A stretch of DNA of 56,052 nucleotides from Fibrobacterales bacterium (GTDB taxonomy: Bacteria; Fibrobacterota; Fibrobacteria; Fibrobacterales; JAOPTW01). Below are positions 41,888 through 52,937 of the stretch, in pieces. The stretch spans positions 1-56,052 of the forward strand of contig JAOPTX010000024.1 of the NCBI GenBank assembly GCA_051532055.1, written 5' to 3'. The notes under the pieces are model-generated. The model was not told where the DNA came from. It ran no database searches and worked only from the letters and a program-made list of their open reading frames with translations. The translations under genes and the position numbers were made by a program. The number at the start of each line of letters is the position of its first letter. Position 1 is the first letter of the stretch.

Positions 41888-42024
41888 AAGAACTCTTATG
41901 TTTCTCAAAAAGAAGCTTGATATACATCGAGCATACAGGCTTCTTCAGTAAACTCTCCCAAATATCACCTTCGAATTGCGCCCTATTTTCCTATATTTGG
42001 GCCATCAATTTAACACGCTGAATC

Positions 42025-43062
42025 ATGACCGCTGAAGAACTCTATAACCGTCTTAAACATGTTAAAGTAGGGGCGCATACCTGTACTTTTGATCTCCAGA
42101 AATGTGAAGAGATCCTCCCGCTTATCAACGAAATTAACGTTCTCAAAAAAGAGAAAAACGCAGTGATTTTAGCGCACTCGTATGTGGCTCCCGAGATTGT
42201 TTATGGAGTTGCAGACTATACTGGTGATTCTTATGGACTCAGTAAAGATGCAATGAACACCAAGGCAGATACTATTGTATTTGCAGCGGTAAAATTTATG
42301 GGTGAAACAGCAAAGTTACTCAGCCCCGAAAAAAATGTATTGATACCAGGAAGAGATTCTGGGTGTACTCTTGCAGATGCCATTACTGGTGAGCAGGTGA
42401 GAGCCCTCAGAGCAGAGTACCCTGATTATGCGTTCATCTGTTATATTAACACTACTGCAGAAGTAAAAGCGGCTTGCGATGTCTCTGTAACCTCCTCTAA
42501 TGTCTATGATATTGTTGAGTGCTACCCGAATGATAAAATTGTATTTGTTCCCGATCTTCTTATGGGTCAAAATATCATTGCTGAGATGAAAGAACGGGGC
42601 GTTAACAAAGAGATCGTGCTGTATGATGGTAACTGTTATGCTCATAAAGAGTATGATACTGATATGATCGATTTTCTTAAATCAAAGCATGATGGATTGA
42701 CTGTGGTATCTCACCCTGAGTGTACTCTCGAAGTAACCTCAAAATCTGATTTTGTAGGTTCAACTGGTCAAATGATGGATTACATCAAAGAGTCTGATGA
42801 AAATGATTTTCTTCTTCTCACAGAGTGCGGGTTGAGTTCGCGTCTTCAGATTGAAAATCCTGAAAAGAATTTTATTGGAACCTGTAATTTCTGTAAATAT
42901 ATGAAATCCAATACCTTAGAAGATATAATCCGGGTTCTTAAAAATCCAGAGCCCTCTGATCGTGTTGAGCTCGATGCTTCAGTTATTGTTGATGCTAAGG
43001 CATGTATCGAAAAGATGTTTGAATATGCAGAAGCAGGAGCTCCCGCAGCTCCATGTGAGTAA
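42025..43062 (+). CDS. nadA: Quinolinate synthase
   Basis: ILAHSY, GDSY.LS, FMGETAK, GCTLAD, YINT, HPEC, CKYMK. Confidence 0.95.
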   Translation: MTAEELYNRLKHVKVGAHTCTFDLQKCEEILPLINEINVLKKEKNAVILAHSYVAPEIVYGVADYTGDSYGLSKDAMNTKADTIVFAAVKFMGETAKLLSPEKNVLIPGRDSGCTLADAITGEQVRALRAEYPDYAFICYINTTAEVKAACDVSVTSSNVYDIVECYPNDKIVFVPDLLMGQNIIAEMKERGVNKEIVLYDGNCYAHKEYDTDMIDFLKSKHDGLTVVSHPECTLEVTSKSDFVGSTGQMMDYIKESDENDFLLLTECGLSSRLQIENPEKNFIGTCNFCKYMKSNTLEDIIRVLKNPEPSDRVELDASVIVDAKACIEKMFEYAEAGAPAAPCE

Positions 43063-43065
43063 TCT

Positions 43066-43641
43066 ATGTCATTAAACCCTGCAGACAATCTTAAAAACCT
43101 TATCGACCGGAGTATCGAGTCTCCCCAGATTAATAATCTGTTGAGTGGGATTTTAAGTAATGCAATTCTCGGTATTTTGCCGGGTGCAGGGAATGTTTTT
43201 ACTCAAGACACATTGGCTCTTTTTAAGAGTCAGTTTATTGACAATCATCTGTTTGTAGAACATCACCTGGTAACTGCAACACTTCTTGCCCAAGATGATG
43301 CAGACTTGAAGGCTCACAAAGAGGCAATTATCCAGCTTTGTAGTGATATCCTGATCTACAAGAACGCTCCGGCCTCAACGACTCTTTCAGATGAAAAAAA
43401 CAGTGAGGGAGAGTTCTTTAAGGATTTTCGAAGGGTAAAATGCCCCCTCAATTTTGTAAAGACAAAGCTTTTTCTCGACCGTATTGAATCGGGCGATCTT
43501 CTTAGAATCTACCTTGATGATGGGGCGCCTATCGAAAATGTTCCGCGGAGTGTCCGTCGTGATGGGCATGAGATTATGAGTCGTGAAAAACACGAAGTTG
43601 ATGGTGTTCTTTACTGGGATCTCCTCATTAAAAAACAGTAA
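43066..43641 (+). CDS. TusA/SirA-domain sulfurtransferase-like protein with N-terminal extension
   Basis: DFRRVKCPLNFVKTKL...LDDGAPIENVPRS..DGH. Confidence 0.8.
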   Translation: MSLNPADNLKNLIDRSIESPQINNLLSGILSNAILGILPGAGNVFTQDTLALFKSQFIDNHLFVEHHLVTATLLAQDDADLKAHKEAIIQLCSDILIYKNAPASTTLSDEKNSEGEFFKDFRRVKCPLNFVKTKLFLDRIESGDLLRIYLDDGAPIENVPRSVRRDGHEIMSREKHEVDGVLYWDLLIKKQ

Positions 43642-43793
43642 TCCCTCTGTATTAATAGTGTTCTTTTAAGGACTCCTGTCAGAAATATACATCTATAAAT
43701 CAAGTAACTAAAAATTCATTAAGAGCTCTCTTGCTCTTGTATTAGAGCATGTTCTATGGGTATAATTAAAGAAAGTAGTATCGGAGGTTCCTC

Positions 43794-44081
43794 ATGTCCA
43801 AGATGCTTTATCCTACAGAACATCATCCGCGCGGTAAGTCAACCTCGCCTTGGTATACCTTAAAGAGTGATAAGGTCTATACGGGGCATGGCCACCCAGA
43901 TGGTATTCGAGAAGAACCCTGGTTTCAGGTACATGATTATAAGCTGTATCCTACTTTTGGCCATCCAGATGGTCAGAGCAGGGAGGCTGCATACAAAATA
44001 TCAATGGATGATGTGGTTCCATTGGGTAATGCTCCAGGGGGACATGGTCTTGGTGCGTGGTATAAGATAGTTGAGATGTAA
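43794..44081 (+). CDS. Small hypothetical protein built of four ~23-aa repeats
   Basis: GGAGG RBS; repeats (L/V)YPTxxHPxG...(P/A)W(Y/F). Confidence 0.75.
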   Translation: MSKMLYPTEHHPRGKSTSPWYTLKSDKVYTGHGHPDGIREEPWFQVHDYKLYPTFGHPDGQSREAAYKISMDDVVPLGNAPGGHGLGAWYKIVEM

Positions 44082-44089
44082 AGGCTATG

Positions 44090-44911
44090 CTATAGTTTTT
44101 GACACGATGGACAAAAATAGGTGCCTCTTCCTGCAACCTTAACTTTTACAATGGGAGTCTTACAATTACTGCACGGTTCTCCCGCCCGATTGTAGGCTTT
44201 TAATGAAAGTTGAAATTTCCCCTTTTCACCATAAGAATTTACATAATCTGAAAAGGTGGTTCCTTTATTGAGTACCGCCTTTTTAAGTACTGCTTTGGTG
44301 GTTTTAAGAATCGAGCCAACAGCATCATCACTGAGTGAAGAAGGTGCCGTAAGGGGGTTCAGCTTTTCACGAAAGAGTATTTCATCTACATAGATGTTGC
44401 CTATTCCTGCAATTACTTCCTGATTGAGAAGTGCTGCCTTTAAGGAAACCTTGCGATTTTTAAGGGCTCCTATGAGCACTTTCTTCTTCATGGTGAGCGC
44501 GTCAGGTCCCAGCTTATGATCGACGAGGTAAGACTCTTTATCACTCGTATTAATCAAAGTAAATCGCCCAAATGTTCGAATGTCTCGATAGATAAGTTTT
44601 GTGTCACTATTTGTAAAATAGAGTTCCACATGGGTGTGTTTATCTTTGGGTCTAGATGTGTGGGTCGTGAACAATTGCCCGGTCATACGTAAATGGACGA
44701 CTACTGTTTTGTCGTTACTTATGTGCAGAAAAATGTATTTACCATGGCGAGTTACTGTTACTATCTCTTGACCAACAAGGGCCTTTTTAAGAGCAGGGGC
44801 CGTGCCACTCACAATGCGAGGGAGATGTATAGACGCTTTACAAATGGGTTGTGAGAGGCATTGCTTTTTAAGCCCTTGTACAACGGTCTCGACTTCTGGG
44901 AGTTCAGGCAT
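44090..44911 (-). CDS. mutM: Formamidopyrimidine-DNA glycosylase
   Basis: Start moved to the canonical MPELPEVET; HLRMTG, AGIGNIY.DE, C-terminal zinc finger. Confidence 0.96.
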   Translation of the reverse strand: MPELPEVETVVQGLKKQCLSQPICKASIHLPRIVSGTAPALKKALVGQEIVTVTRHGKYIFLHISNDKTVVVHLRMTGQLFTTHTSRPKDKHTHVELYFTNSDTKLIYRDIRTFGRFTLINTSDKESYLVDHKLGPDALTMKKKVLIGALKNRKVSLKAALLNQEVIAGIGNIYVDEILFREKLNPLTAPSSLSDDAVGSILKTTKAVLKKAVLNKGTTFSDYVNSYGEKGKFQLSLKAYNRAGEPCSNCKTPIVKVKVAGRGTYFCPSCQKL

Positions 44912-45123
44912 GATAGTCCGGTGTGAAAATGGTACACTAAAGATAATCTCAACCATTGCAGTGCACAATAGGTCCATTTTTTATGTTCAAGTTTGGATAG
45001 CTTCTTATCAATTATCCTTGTCAAAGATTGTGTATCTATTATATTGGGTATTACTAATTACAAATGTGTAATAGAGGGGAGTTAAAAACTACCCATTCTG
45101 TAAACAGAGACAAGGAGAAATTA

Positions 45124-45675
45124 ATGGATAGATACGTATGTTCAGTATGTGGATATGTACATGTAGGGTCAGAACCACCAGAAAAATGTCCAACCTGTGG
45201 TGTAGGACCAGAAAAATTCACGAAACAACAAGAGGGTGCACGCCAGTGGGCTGATGAGCATGTTGTTGGTGTAGCTAAAGGTGTTGATCCTGAGATTATC
45301 GAAGGCTTACGCGCTAACTTCACTGGTGAATGTACTGAAGTAGGTATGTACCTCGCAATGGGTCGTCAGGCTGCACGTGAAGGGTATCCAGAGATTGCTG
45401 AAGCATATAAAAATATTGCATGGGAAGAAGCTGAGCATGCTGCAAAATTTGCAGAACTTCTTGGTGAAGTATATGTTGCAGATACCGCAACTAACCTCCA
45501 AGCGCGTGTTGATGCTGAGTTTGGCGCATGTGATGGCAAAAAGAAGCTTGCTACTCGGGCAAAAGAGCTTAACCTTGATGCAATTCATGATACGGTTCAC
45601 GAAATGTGTAAAGATGAAGCACGCCACGGACAGCAGTTTGAAGGTTTGTTAAATCGTTTCTTTAAAAATAAATAG
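45124..45675 (+). CDS. Reverse rubrerythrin (NADH peroxidase)
   Basis: N-terminal CSVC...CPTC rubredoxin domain followed by a di-iron domain with EEAEH and DEARH. Confidence 0.92.
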   Translation: MDRYVCSVCGYVHVGSEPPEKCPTCGVGPEKFTKQQEGARQWADEHVVGVAKGVDPEIIEGLRANFTGECTEVGMYLAMGRQAAREGYPEIAEAYKNIAWEEAEHAAKFAELLGEVYVADTATNLQARVDAEFGACDGKKKLATRAKELNLDAIHDTVHEMCKDEARHGQQFEGLLNRFFKNK

Positions 45676-45724
45676 TAGATTACGTTACCTCTAGCGTATA
45701 AAAAGAGGTGACTCAATCTTTTTC

Positions 45725-45766
45725 AAATTAAAAAGGCATCAATTGGATTTGATGCCTTTTTAATTT
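45725..45766. terminator. Intrinsic terminator
   Basis: aaattaaaaaggcatcaa...ttgatgcctttttaattt perfect inverted repeat. Confidence 0.85.
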
Positions 45767-46093
45767 CAGTATGGTTAACTAAAGCGTGAACTCTTTAGAT
45801 GCTAAATAAGATGTTGACTTTTTAATTTGTCGGTACGTTAATCTATCATTATCGTAGAATAATTTGAATAGGTAGCTTGTAGTGTCTGATATATCAAAGA
45901 TTATAGGCTAATTTCTTCAATCCTCAGTGTTAAAAGAGTGCCTTGACTTATAAACACAGTCATATAAATGAGTACGCTTTTAGTACGCTATATTACAAGT
46001 TTGTAATTCTAAAGGAGTCTCTTAAGTGATGGAAATTATCTTTACTCCACACACAATGCATAAAACACATAACACACACAGAAGGAGTTCAGG

Positions 46094-46804
46094 ATGAATT
46101 TGGGACACATCATGAAAATGGCACTTTGTGCCGTAACAGTAGTAACAACAGTTGCGACTGCAGCAAACTATCAATCAGTAACAGGTAATGCTCTTGTAAC
46201 AGCATCAACTGTTGAATCATATGAATATTCTGCAGATAAATTAATAGATGGTGACCAACAGACTCGTTGGGCATCTGAATTTGCAGATAATCAAGAAGTA
46301 GTTATCGATCTTGGGTCTACTCAGTTTATCGATAAGATTACTTTAAACTGGGAGGCAGCGTTTGCGAGTAAATTTAAAATTTCTCTCTCAAATGATGGTG
46401 AAAACTGGGGCGCTGATTATCGTGGAGTATATGAAAGAGCAGGCCTAAATGGTGCTCAAGAATTTGTTCAAGATTTTGGTGCACACCGTTACATCAAGCT
46501 AGAGCTAATTGAGCGGGCTACTGATTATGGCTTTTCACTCTTTGAAATAGAAGTATTTCAAGATCTTGATCTCCATTATCAAGCCAAAACGATAACGTTA
46601 AAAAATGTTTACTCTGACTATATTGCTAAAGGCCTTCCAAAGCCTGAATGTACATGGTCAACACTCGGAACTATGGTTATTGAGGGAGCGGGGCGTTGGT
46701 ATACAAACACTAATGCCTACATCTGCCTGAGCTATGCAGCTCCAGATCAAGCTCAGACAACTGGTTGGGTGCCGTTCGCACTAGGGTCAGCACTAGCTGA
46801 GTAA
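46094..46804 (+). CDS. Secreted discoidin (F5/8 type C, CBM32-like) domain protein
   Basis: Signal peptide; IDGD..TRWAS, IDLG, LNWEAA, YGFSLFEIEVF. Confidence 0.88.
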   Translation: MNLGHIMKMALCAVTVVTTVATAANYQSVTGNALVTASTVESYEYSADKLIDGDQQTRWASEFADNQEVVIDLGSTQFIDKITLNWEAAFASKFKISLSNDGENWGADYRGVYERAGLNGAQEFVQDFGAHRYIKLELIERATDYGFSLFEIEVFQDLDLHYQAKTITLKNVYSDYIAKGLPKPECTWSTLGTMVIEGAGRWYTNTNAYICLSYAAPDQAQTTGWVPFALGSALAE

Positions 46805-46822
46805 TAAGAACACAAAAATATA

Positions 46823-46850
46823 TAAGGGCATCAAAAACATGATGCCCTTA
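46823..46850 (+). terminator. Terminator-like hairpin
   Basis: taagggcatca...tgatgccctta. Confidence 0.65.
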
Positions 46851-47118
46851 TATTTATCATAGAGCGTATTTTTAATTCGTCGATAACATTGAATAACATA
46901 AATAACTATTTAATCGATGATCTAAATTCGTCAAAACTAAAGAGAAGTAACTCCTCCCAGCGCAGTAAGTGCGAATCTCACATCACAAAAAAAGCACTCC
47001 CTTGAGAGTGCCTAAAAATTTGTAAATTTTAATATAAGTGTTTAAATGTGAAGCGAATTTTGCGCCGGCTTACATGGGTATGCCAGGTCAAAGTCAACGA
47101 AGCAAATGAATGCTTATA

Positions 47119-47931
47119 TTAAAATTTTTCAGAGTGAATATTGCCTGGAGCGCGCTTCTTATGCTCATTAAAGCCTTCACCTTCAAGGATTTCAATCATG
47201 TCATTAATCATACTCGGGTTGCCACAAAGGAAGACGTGGGTGTTGTCAGGAGTGATTTCTTGACCCATAGCTTTTTGAACATCACCATCTTTATAGATGT
47301 CTTGCACAAATTTTGCCATACCACCCCAAGGCACAGGCTCTTTGTCTGGAAAGAGAATTGTTGGGATATAAGAAAATTGGTCGTGTAGTGACTCAAGAAG
47401 TCTGAGTTCAGACGAGTAGCCAAGGTCCCATGAGTTCGATGCGCCATGAACAACACAAATCTTGTGGTTCTTTTTAAGAGCGTCAGAACGCAGCATACTC
47501 ATGTATGGTGCAACACCAGTACCAGTAGCAACGAGAACAATATTTTTATCACCTTCTAACTGATCAAGGGTAAACATACCGGTGAATTTTTTACCAACAC
47601 CAATTCTGTCTCCGACATTGAGCGAAAACATTCTTGGAGTAAGATTACCTGAGTGAATAAGAGTAATATAGAACTCAAGGTATTCTTTTGTTTTTGATCC
47701 TGATGCAATAGAGTAGGCTCTTTTGATCATTTTATCGGGTTTGTTTGGGTATGGCTCTTCAGTCGCTTCAGGACATCGTGTTGCATCAGGCGGGAGAAAA
47801 AGTGCGCAGAACTGGCCTGCTACAAAGTCTGGAAGTTCCCACCCATCAGGAGCAATACGAATTACTTTCATGATCGGTGATACTTGAGTTACTTGGGTAA
47901 CTATTCCATTTAGTTCATCTTTAGCAGCCAT
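47119..47931 (-). CDS. fpr: Ferredoxin/flavodoxin-NADP+ reductase
   Basis: RAYSIAS, ATGTGVAPY.SM, LCGNP.MI. Confidence 0.9.
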   Translation of the reverse strand: MAAKDELNGIVTQVTQVSPIMKVIRIAPDGWELPDFVAGQFCALFLPPDATRCPEATEEPYPNKPDKMIKRAYSIASGSKTKEYLEFYITLIHSGNLTPRMFSLNVGDRIGVGKKFTGMFTLDQLEGDKNIVLVATGTGVAPYMSMLRSDALKKNHKICVVHGASNSWDLGYSSELRLLESLHDQFSYIPTILFPDKEPVPWGGMAKFVQDIYKDGDVQKAMGQEITPDNTHVFLCGNPSMINDMIEILEGEGFNEHKKRAPGNIHSEKF

Positions 47932-48181
47932 ATAAATCTCAGTATATTAGGTTATTATTATTTATGGTGTCTAAAATATAAAAAATAGGCGAGATACGTA
48001 AAATAATAAAACTGGAAAGTTGCTATTTATACAATTTTGATCTGATTTGCTTAACTTGATGGGAAAGTTGACAGGAATGTAGTCTGAAATAAAGTTGATA
48101 TTGGGGAATTGTTAGGGGTCTACCTTTATGTTTTACGATGCTATTATTGAGTAATTGTAGAGTGTATCGTATTCGGGCAAT

Positions 48182-48217
48182 AAAAAAGCCACCTAAGAAT
48201 TGATCTTGAGGTGGCTT
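48182..48217 (-). terminator. Intrinsic terminator after bioB
   Basis: aaaaaagccacct...aggtggctt; reads as a hairpin plus U-tract on the minus strand. Confidence 0.75.
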
Positions 48218-48251
48218 GTACAATGTTTTAAAAAAAATGCAAATTCGAGTA

Positions 48252-49235
48252 TTACACTTTCTCTTCTATATTGATTCCGAGGTCAAAGCCATTAGTGGTA
48301 ATCATCTCTTTATCTTGATTAACATCTGAGCCAATAGTTGTTAGATGGTCGCCAACGAGTGCTCCATTGATTCCAGCTTTGAGACCCAACTTTTGCATCT
48401 CTTGGTTAAGTGTTTGGCGTCCACCAGCAAATCGTATCGAAGCTCTAGGGTTTACGAATCTGAAAATAGCCATTGTGACAAGTGCTTCTTCTGGTTCGAT
48501 AGGGGGAGCATCTTGAAGGGGGGTGCCTGGCATAGGGTTAAGAACATTGATTGGTATAGATTGGATATTGAGTTCTGAAATCTCAAAAGCCATATCGACT
48601 CTATCCTGCCAAGATTCACCCATGCCGATAATACCGCCACAGCACAGGTCCATACCTGCCGCTTGAATGTTTTTAATTGTTTCAACACGTTGATCATAGG
48701 TGTGTGTTGTTACGATATTAGGAAAGAAGTTACGGCTAGTCTCTACATTGTGGTGATACATTTTAACGCCACGCTTAACGAGTTCGTCAGCTTTCTCTTT
48801 GGAGAGTAGGCCTAGTGATGCACAAAGATTGATATTTGTCTCTTCTTGCAGGCGATCATAGATTTTAGTGATACTTTTAAAGTCTTTGTCGCGGATACCT
48901 TTGCCCGAAGTTACGAGAGAGAAGCGATGCACACCATTTGCTTCATTCTTTTTTGCAAGAGCAAGAGCTTCTTCTTCATCAACAAGGTTATACTCAGGAG
49001 AGTTTGTAGTAAAGTGTGCAGATTGTGTACAGAATTTACAATCTTCGGAACAACTCCCTGATTTCGCATTCATAATACTACACATCTCAAAATTGGTTCC
49101 GCTTTTTATTTCACGGATCTCATTTGCGGCGTCAAACAATTCTTGAATGTCGAATCCACTTTTGAGAATGTTCATTACTTCTTCATTAGTAATTTTTTCT
49201 TCATTAAGAACTTTGTTCTTTAATTCCTGGATCAT
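48252..49235 (-). CDS. bioB: Biotin synthase
   Basis: Radical SAM CSEDCKFC.QS; HNVETS, CCGGIIGMGES; start placed at MIQELK. Confidence 0.95.
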   Translation of the reverse strand: MIQELKNKVLNEEKITNEEVMNILKSGFDIQELFDAANEIREIKSGTNFEMCSIMNAKSGSCSEDCKFCTQSAHFTTNSPEYNLVDEEEALALAKKNEANGVHRFSLVTSGKGIRDKDFKSITKIYDRLQEETNINLCASLGLLSKEKADELVKRGVKMYHHNVETSRNFFPNIVTTHTYDQRVETIKNIQAAGMDLCCGGIIGMGESWQDRVDMAFEISELNIQSIPINVLNPMPGTPLQDAPPIEPEEALVTMAIFRFVNPRASIRFAGGRQTLNQEMQKLGLKAGINGALVGDHLTTIGSDVNQDKEMITTNGFDLGINIEEKV

Positions 49236-49338
49236 AGGTAATCCTTCTGAGGGTCTGCGCCAAAAGTGGAAAAAATCCACCTTTCATCAACACTTGATCC
49301 CATCATTTATATGGTGTAATCAATTATGCTAAGAGTTA

Positions 49339-50442
49339 TTATACTTCAGCTTTTGAATATGCTTCTTTTATCACTCCGCTCGCAAATACAATGTCGCCGT
49401 CGTAAAAAACAACAACTTGGCCCGGGGTTACCGAGCGTTGAGCTACATCGAATTCGCACTGTATATCTCCATTTTCGAGTGGGGAGATAGTTGCAGAGCT
49501 TTCAGTTATTGAGAGGCGTATTTTAACACCAACCTCATAAGGTTCAGTAAGTGAGTCCACGGCAAGGTAATTGATTTCAGAGGCTATGAGGCCATCACTG
49601 AAAAGACCTTCATTGGGAGTCACGATAATTTCATTAGTTGTGGCATCAATTTTAGCAACATACATCGGTACTTTAGCTGAAATGCCGAGGCCTTTTCTTT
49701 GGCCAATAGTGTAGTGGATGATGCCTTTGTGTTGCCCGAGTATGTTTCCATCGGCATCAACAATGTTACCTGGCTCAATAGTCTCTTTTTCAAAAATAGG
49801 AGAGTAATCGCCACCAGATACAAAATCTTGACTTTCAGCTCTTTCAGCAGTATTGAGCTTAAAATCACGAGCCATTTCTCGTACTTCATGTTTAGTAAAT
49901 TCACCAAGGGGGAACATGACTTGTTTCAGTTGTTTTTTGGGGAGGCCAGAGAGAAAATAAGTCTGGTCTTTTGTAGAATCTTTTGCTTTTTTTAGGAAGA
50001 CTTCTCCATCTTTTTCTTCAAGTTGAGCGTAGTGACCTGTTGCAAAATAGTCAAATTCAATGCCTGCTTCTTTGGCACGATCAACGAGAAAACCAAATTT
50101 AAGGGCGTGATTACAAACCACACATGGATTGGGAGTCCGTCCAACAAGGTATTCTGCTTTAAAATAATCAAGTACTGTAGCTTCGTATTCTTTGGCCAAA
50201 TCAAATACATGATACGGGATATCTAAATTTTTACAAAGCTCTGTTGAAAGCTCAATATCTTCTTCCTCACCGGGGCCATAACAAGCGTGTTTTTCCGTTT
50301 CTTGAATTTTAATGGCACCATCATATATTTCCATAGTGAGGCCAATGACGTTGTAGCCTTGGTGTTTAAGGAGGGCTGCTACAAGTGAAGAGTCAACTCC
50401 ACCGCTGAGTCCTACAGCGACTGTCTTGTTTTTAGGTACCAT
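49339..50442 (-). CDS. mnmA: tRNA 2-thiouridylase
   Basis: SGGVDSS, TPNPCV.CN, ATGHYA, KDQTYFL, TIGQRKG, TPGQ. Confidence 0.95.
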   Translation of the reverse strand: MVPKNKTVAVGLSGGVDSSLVAALLKHQGYNVIGLTMEIYDGAIKIQETEKHACYGPGEEEDIELSTELCKNLDIPYHVFDLAKEYEATVLDYFKAEYLVGRTPNPCVVCNHALKFGFLVDRAKEAGIEFDYFATGHYAQLEEKDGEVFLKKAKDSTKDQTYFLSGLPKKQLKQVMFPLGEFTKHEVREMARDFKLNTAERAESQDFVSGGDYSPIFEKETIEPGNIVDADGNILGQHKGIIHYTIGQRKGLGISAKVPMYVAKIDATTNEIIVTPNEGLFSDGLIASEINYLAVDSLTEPYEVGVKIRLSITESSATISPLENGDIQCEFDVAQRSVTPGQVVVFYDGDIVFASGVIKEAYSKAEV

Positions 50443-50653
50443 TGCAAAGCTCTAATGAGGTTAAAGTGATTACAGTGGCAAATATAGCAAAAAGTTAGAA
50501 AGGGCGAAGGCTGAAGATTAAACTCTCAGGCGAAAGTTACAAGTTGGGATCCGGGTATGTAATTTTCGTTTATAATCAATAAGGTCCAATGTATTGAGTT
50601 ATTTGATGGTTATACGAGCCCACTCCTTTATTCTGGTATTCCGAGGATGAATG

Positions 50654-50691
50654 AAAAAGGCCTGAAACGAATGTATTGTCGCTTCAGGCCT
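50654..50691 (-). terminator. Intrinsic terminator after metY
   Basis: aaaaaggcctgaa...ttcaggcct. Confidence 0.7.
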
Positions 50692-50716
50692 AAAGGATTA
50701 TGTAAAGAAGAGGTGT

Positions 50717-51997
50717 CTATTCTGCATCAAGAGCTTGGTCAATGTCAGTTAAAATATCTTCTATATTTTCTATACCAATAGAGAGACGAACGAGATCCGG
50801 AGTGAGTCCACTCGCAATCTGCTCATCTTCGCTGAGTTGTGAATGAGAAGTGCTTGCGGGGTGGAGTGCCAGTGATTTAGCATCACCAACATTAGCAAGG
50901 TGGGAGATAAGTCCTAGGCTATTGATAAACTTCTCACCAGCAGCGCGTCCGCCTTTAATTCCAAATACCACCATGGCAGTGTATCCATTTTTCAATTGCT
51001 CAGAAGCAAGTTTGTATGATGGATCATCTTTAAGGCCGGGGTGGCGTACCCATTCAACTTTTGGATGGTTTTTGAGGTGTTCGGCAACGGCAGTTGCATT
51101 TTCACAGTGGCGTTGCATACGTACATGTAATGTTTCAAGGCCTTGAAGAAAGAGCCATGCATTATCAGGGGCTATTGCTGCGCCAAGAGTTCTCAGGGGC
51201 ACGAGTCTCATGCGTAAAATAAACGCTAAAGGGAGTAGCGGCTCAGGAAGCTCAGTTGCAAATTTCATACCGTGATATGACTTTGATGGCTTGTTGTAGA
51301 GATCAAATTTCTCATGGGTCCAATCAAAATTAGCTGCATCAACCACAATGCCACCAATACCCGTACCATGACCACCAATCCATTTGGTTAATGAATGGAT
51401 CACAATGTTCGCACCGAGTTCTATAGGTTTGCATATGTATGGTGGTGTGAAGGTAGAGTCCACAACTAATGGAATATGGTGCTTTTTAGCAATAGCAGAA
51501 AGACCACGGATGTCAGCACAGTCGAGCACCGGGTTCCCGATGATTTCTGTGTAGAGCATTTTTGTTTTTGGAGTAATAGCTTTTTCTACAGCTTCAAGAT
51601 CAGTGATTTTAACCATGTTTGTGGTAATACCAAAATCGGGAAGTACGTTAGCGAGGAGGCTATAAGTACCGCCGTAGAGGTTGTTCCCTGATACGATTTC
51701 ATCACCCGCTTTACAAATATTTATTGCGGTGTAAAAAATAGCTGACATGCCTGATGCCACTGCAAGAGCGGCTGCACCACCCTCCATTTCTGCGACTCGT
51801 TTTTCCAAAACATCTTGGGTTGGGTTCATGAGTCGGGTATAAATATTGCCGAGTTCTTTGAGTGCAAAAAGATTTGCCGCATGTTCACTATCGCGAAATA
51901 CGTATGAACTCGTTCTATGTAATGGAACACCACGAGACATTGTGCTGTCGATAACCGCTCCAGAGTGGAGTCCTTGAGTTTCTATTTTATAAGCCAT
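50717..51997 (-). CDS. metY: O-acetylhomoserine sulfhydrylase
   Basis: NIYTRLMNPT, HSLTKWIGGHG, HLANVGDAKSL..HPASTSHSQL. Confidence 0.93.
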   Translation of the reverse strand: MAYKIETQGLHSGAVIDSTMSRGVPLHRTSSYVFRDSEHAANLFALKELGNIYTRLMNPTQDVLEKRVAEMEGGAAALAVASGMSAIFYTAINICKAGDEIVSGNNLYGGTYSLLANVLPDFGITTNMVKITDLEAVEKAITPKTKMLYTEIIGNPVLDCADIRGLSAIAKKHHIPLVVDSTFTPPYICKPIELGANIVIHSLTKWIGGHGTGIGGIVVDAANFDWTHEKFDLYNKPSKSYHGMKFATELPEPLLPLAFILRMRLVPLRTLGAAIAPDNAWLFLQGLETLHVRMQRHCENATAVAEHLKNHPKVEWVRHPGLKDDPSYKLASEQLKNGYTAMVVFGIKGGRAAGEKFINSLGLISHLANVGDAKSLALHPASTSHSQLSEDEQIASGLTPDLVRLSIGIENIEDILTDIDQALDAE

Positions 51998-52929
51998 TAT
52001 TTATCTCCTTCATCGAATACCCATGTTGATAAATAGCGTTCGCCTGTGTCTGGGAGTAGCGTGACAATTACTTTGCCTTTATTCTCTGGGCGCATTGCGA
52101 GTTGTTCGGCTGCAAGAGCTGCAGCACCGCAGGATATTCCTACTAAGATTCCTTCATTTTTTGCGAGTTTGCGGGTCATTGCGCCGGCATCTTGTGAATG
52201 CACTTGAATTATTTCGTCATAGAGATCTGTCTTAAGTACACCAGGAACAAAACCGGCACCAATACCTTGTATTTTGTGTGGTCCAGGCTTATTGCCTGAG
52301 AGTATTGAAGACTCCTTGGGTTCTACGGCAATGATTTTAACGTCAGGGTTACGTGCTTTAAGAACTTCCCCAACACCAGTAATGGTGCCACCGGTTCCGA
52401 TGCCAGAAATAAAATAATCTACTTTGCCTTCTGTATCTCTCCAGATCTCTTCAGCAGTGGTTTTTCTATGTATCTCAGGATTTGCTTCATTGTTAAACTG
52501 TTGTGGCATAAAGCTTCCTGGAGTTTGATCAAAGAGCTCTTCCGCTTTTTGAATTGCTCCAGTCATTCCTTTCTCTGCGGGTGTCAGGATAAGTTCAGCG
52601 CCAAAAGCTTTTAATATTTTGCGGCGTTCAATACTCATAGATTCGGGCATGGTCAGTATAAGTTTATACCCTTTTGCTGCGGCGATATAGGCAAGGCCAA
52701 TACCGGTGTTACCACTGGTAGGCTCTATAATGGTACCACCTGCGGTGAGTGTGCCGTTTTTTTCAGCGGTCGCAATCATATTGTAGGCAATACGATCTTT
52801 TACACTTGAAAGCGGATTAAAGCTTTCGAGTTTACCAAGAACTATTGCTCCTGATTTGTCGCTAATATCATTTAATTTTACAAGTGGTGTATTCCCGATG
52901 AGTTCGGTTATATTATGTGCATAGTTCAT
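51997..52929 (-). CDS. cysK: Cysteine synthase A
   Basis: [34 protein letters not shown]. Confidence 0.96.
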   Translation of the reverse strand: MNYAHNITELIGNTPLVKLNDISDKSGAIVLGKLESFNPLSSVKDRIAYNMIATAEKNGTLTAGGTIIEPTSGNTGIGLAYIAAAKGYKLILTMPESMSIERRKILKAFGAELILTPAEKGMTGAIQKAEELFDQTPGSFMPQQFNNEANPEIHRKTTAEEIWRDTEGKVDYFISGIGTGGTITGVGEVLKARNPDVKIIAVEPKESSILSGNKPGPHKIQGIGAGFVPGVLKTDLYDEIIQVHSQDAGAMTRKLAKNEGILVGISCGAAALAAEQLAMRPENKGKVIVTLLPDTGERYLSTWVFDEGDK

Positions 52930-52937
52930 AGTACCTC

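Noticed and set aside
49236..49338. Possible riboswitch upstream of bioB
   Set aside because: Only a short hairpin (GGTGGA/TCCACT) is evident, without recognisable TPP, SAM or other aptamer cores. An Rfam search would be needed to exclude it fully.
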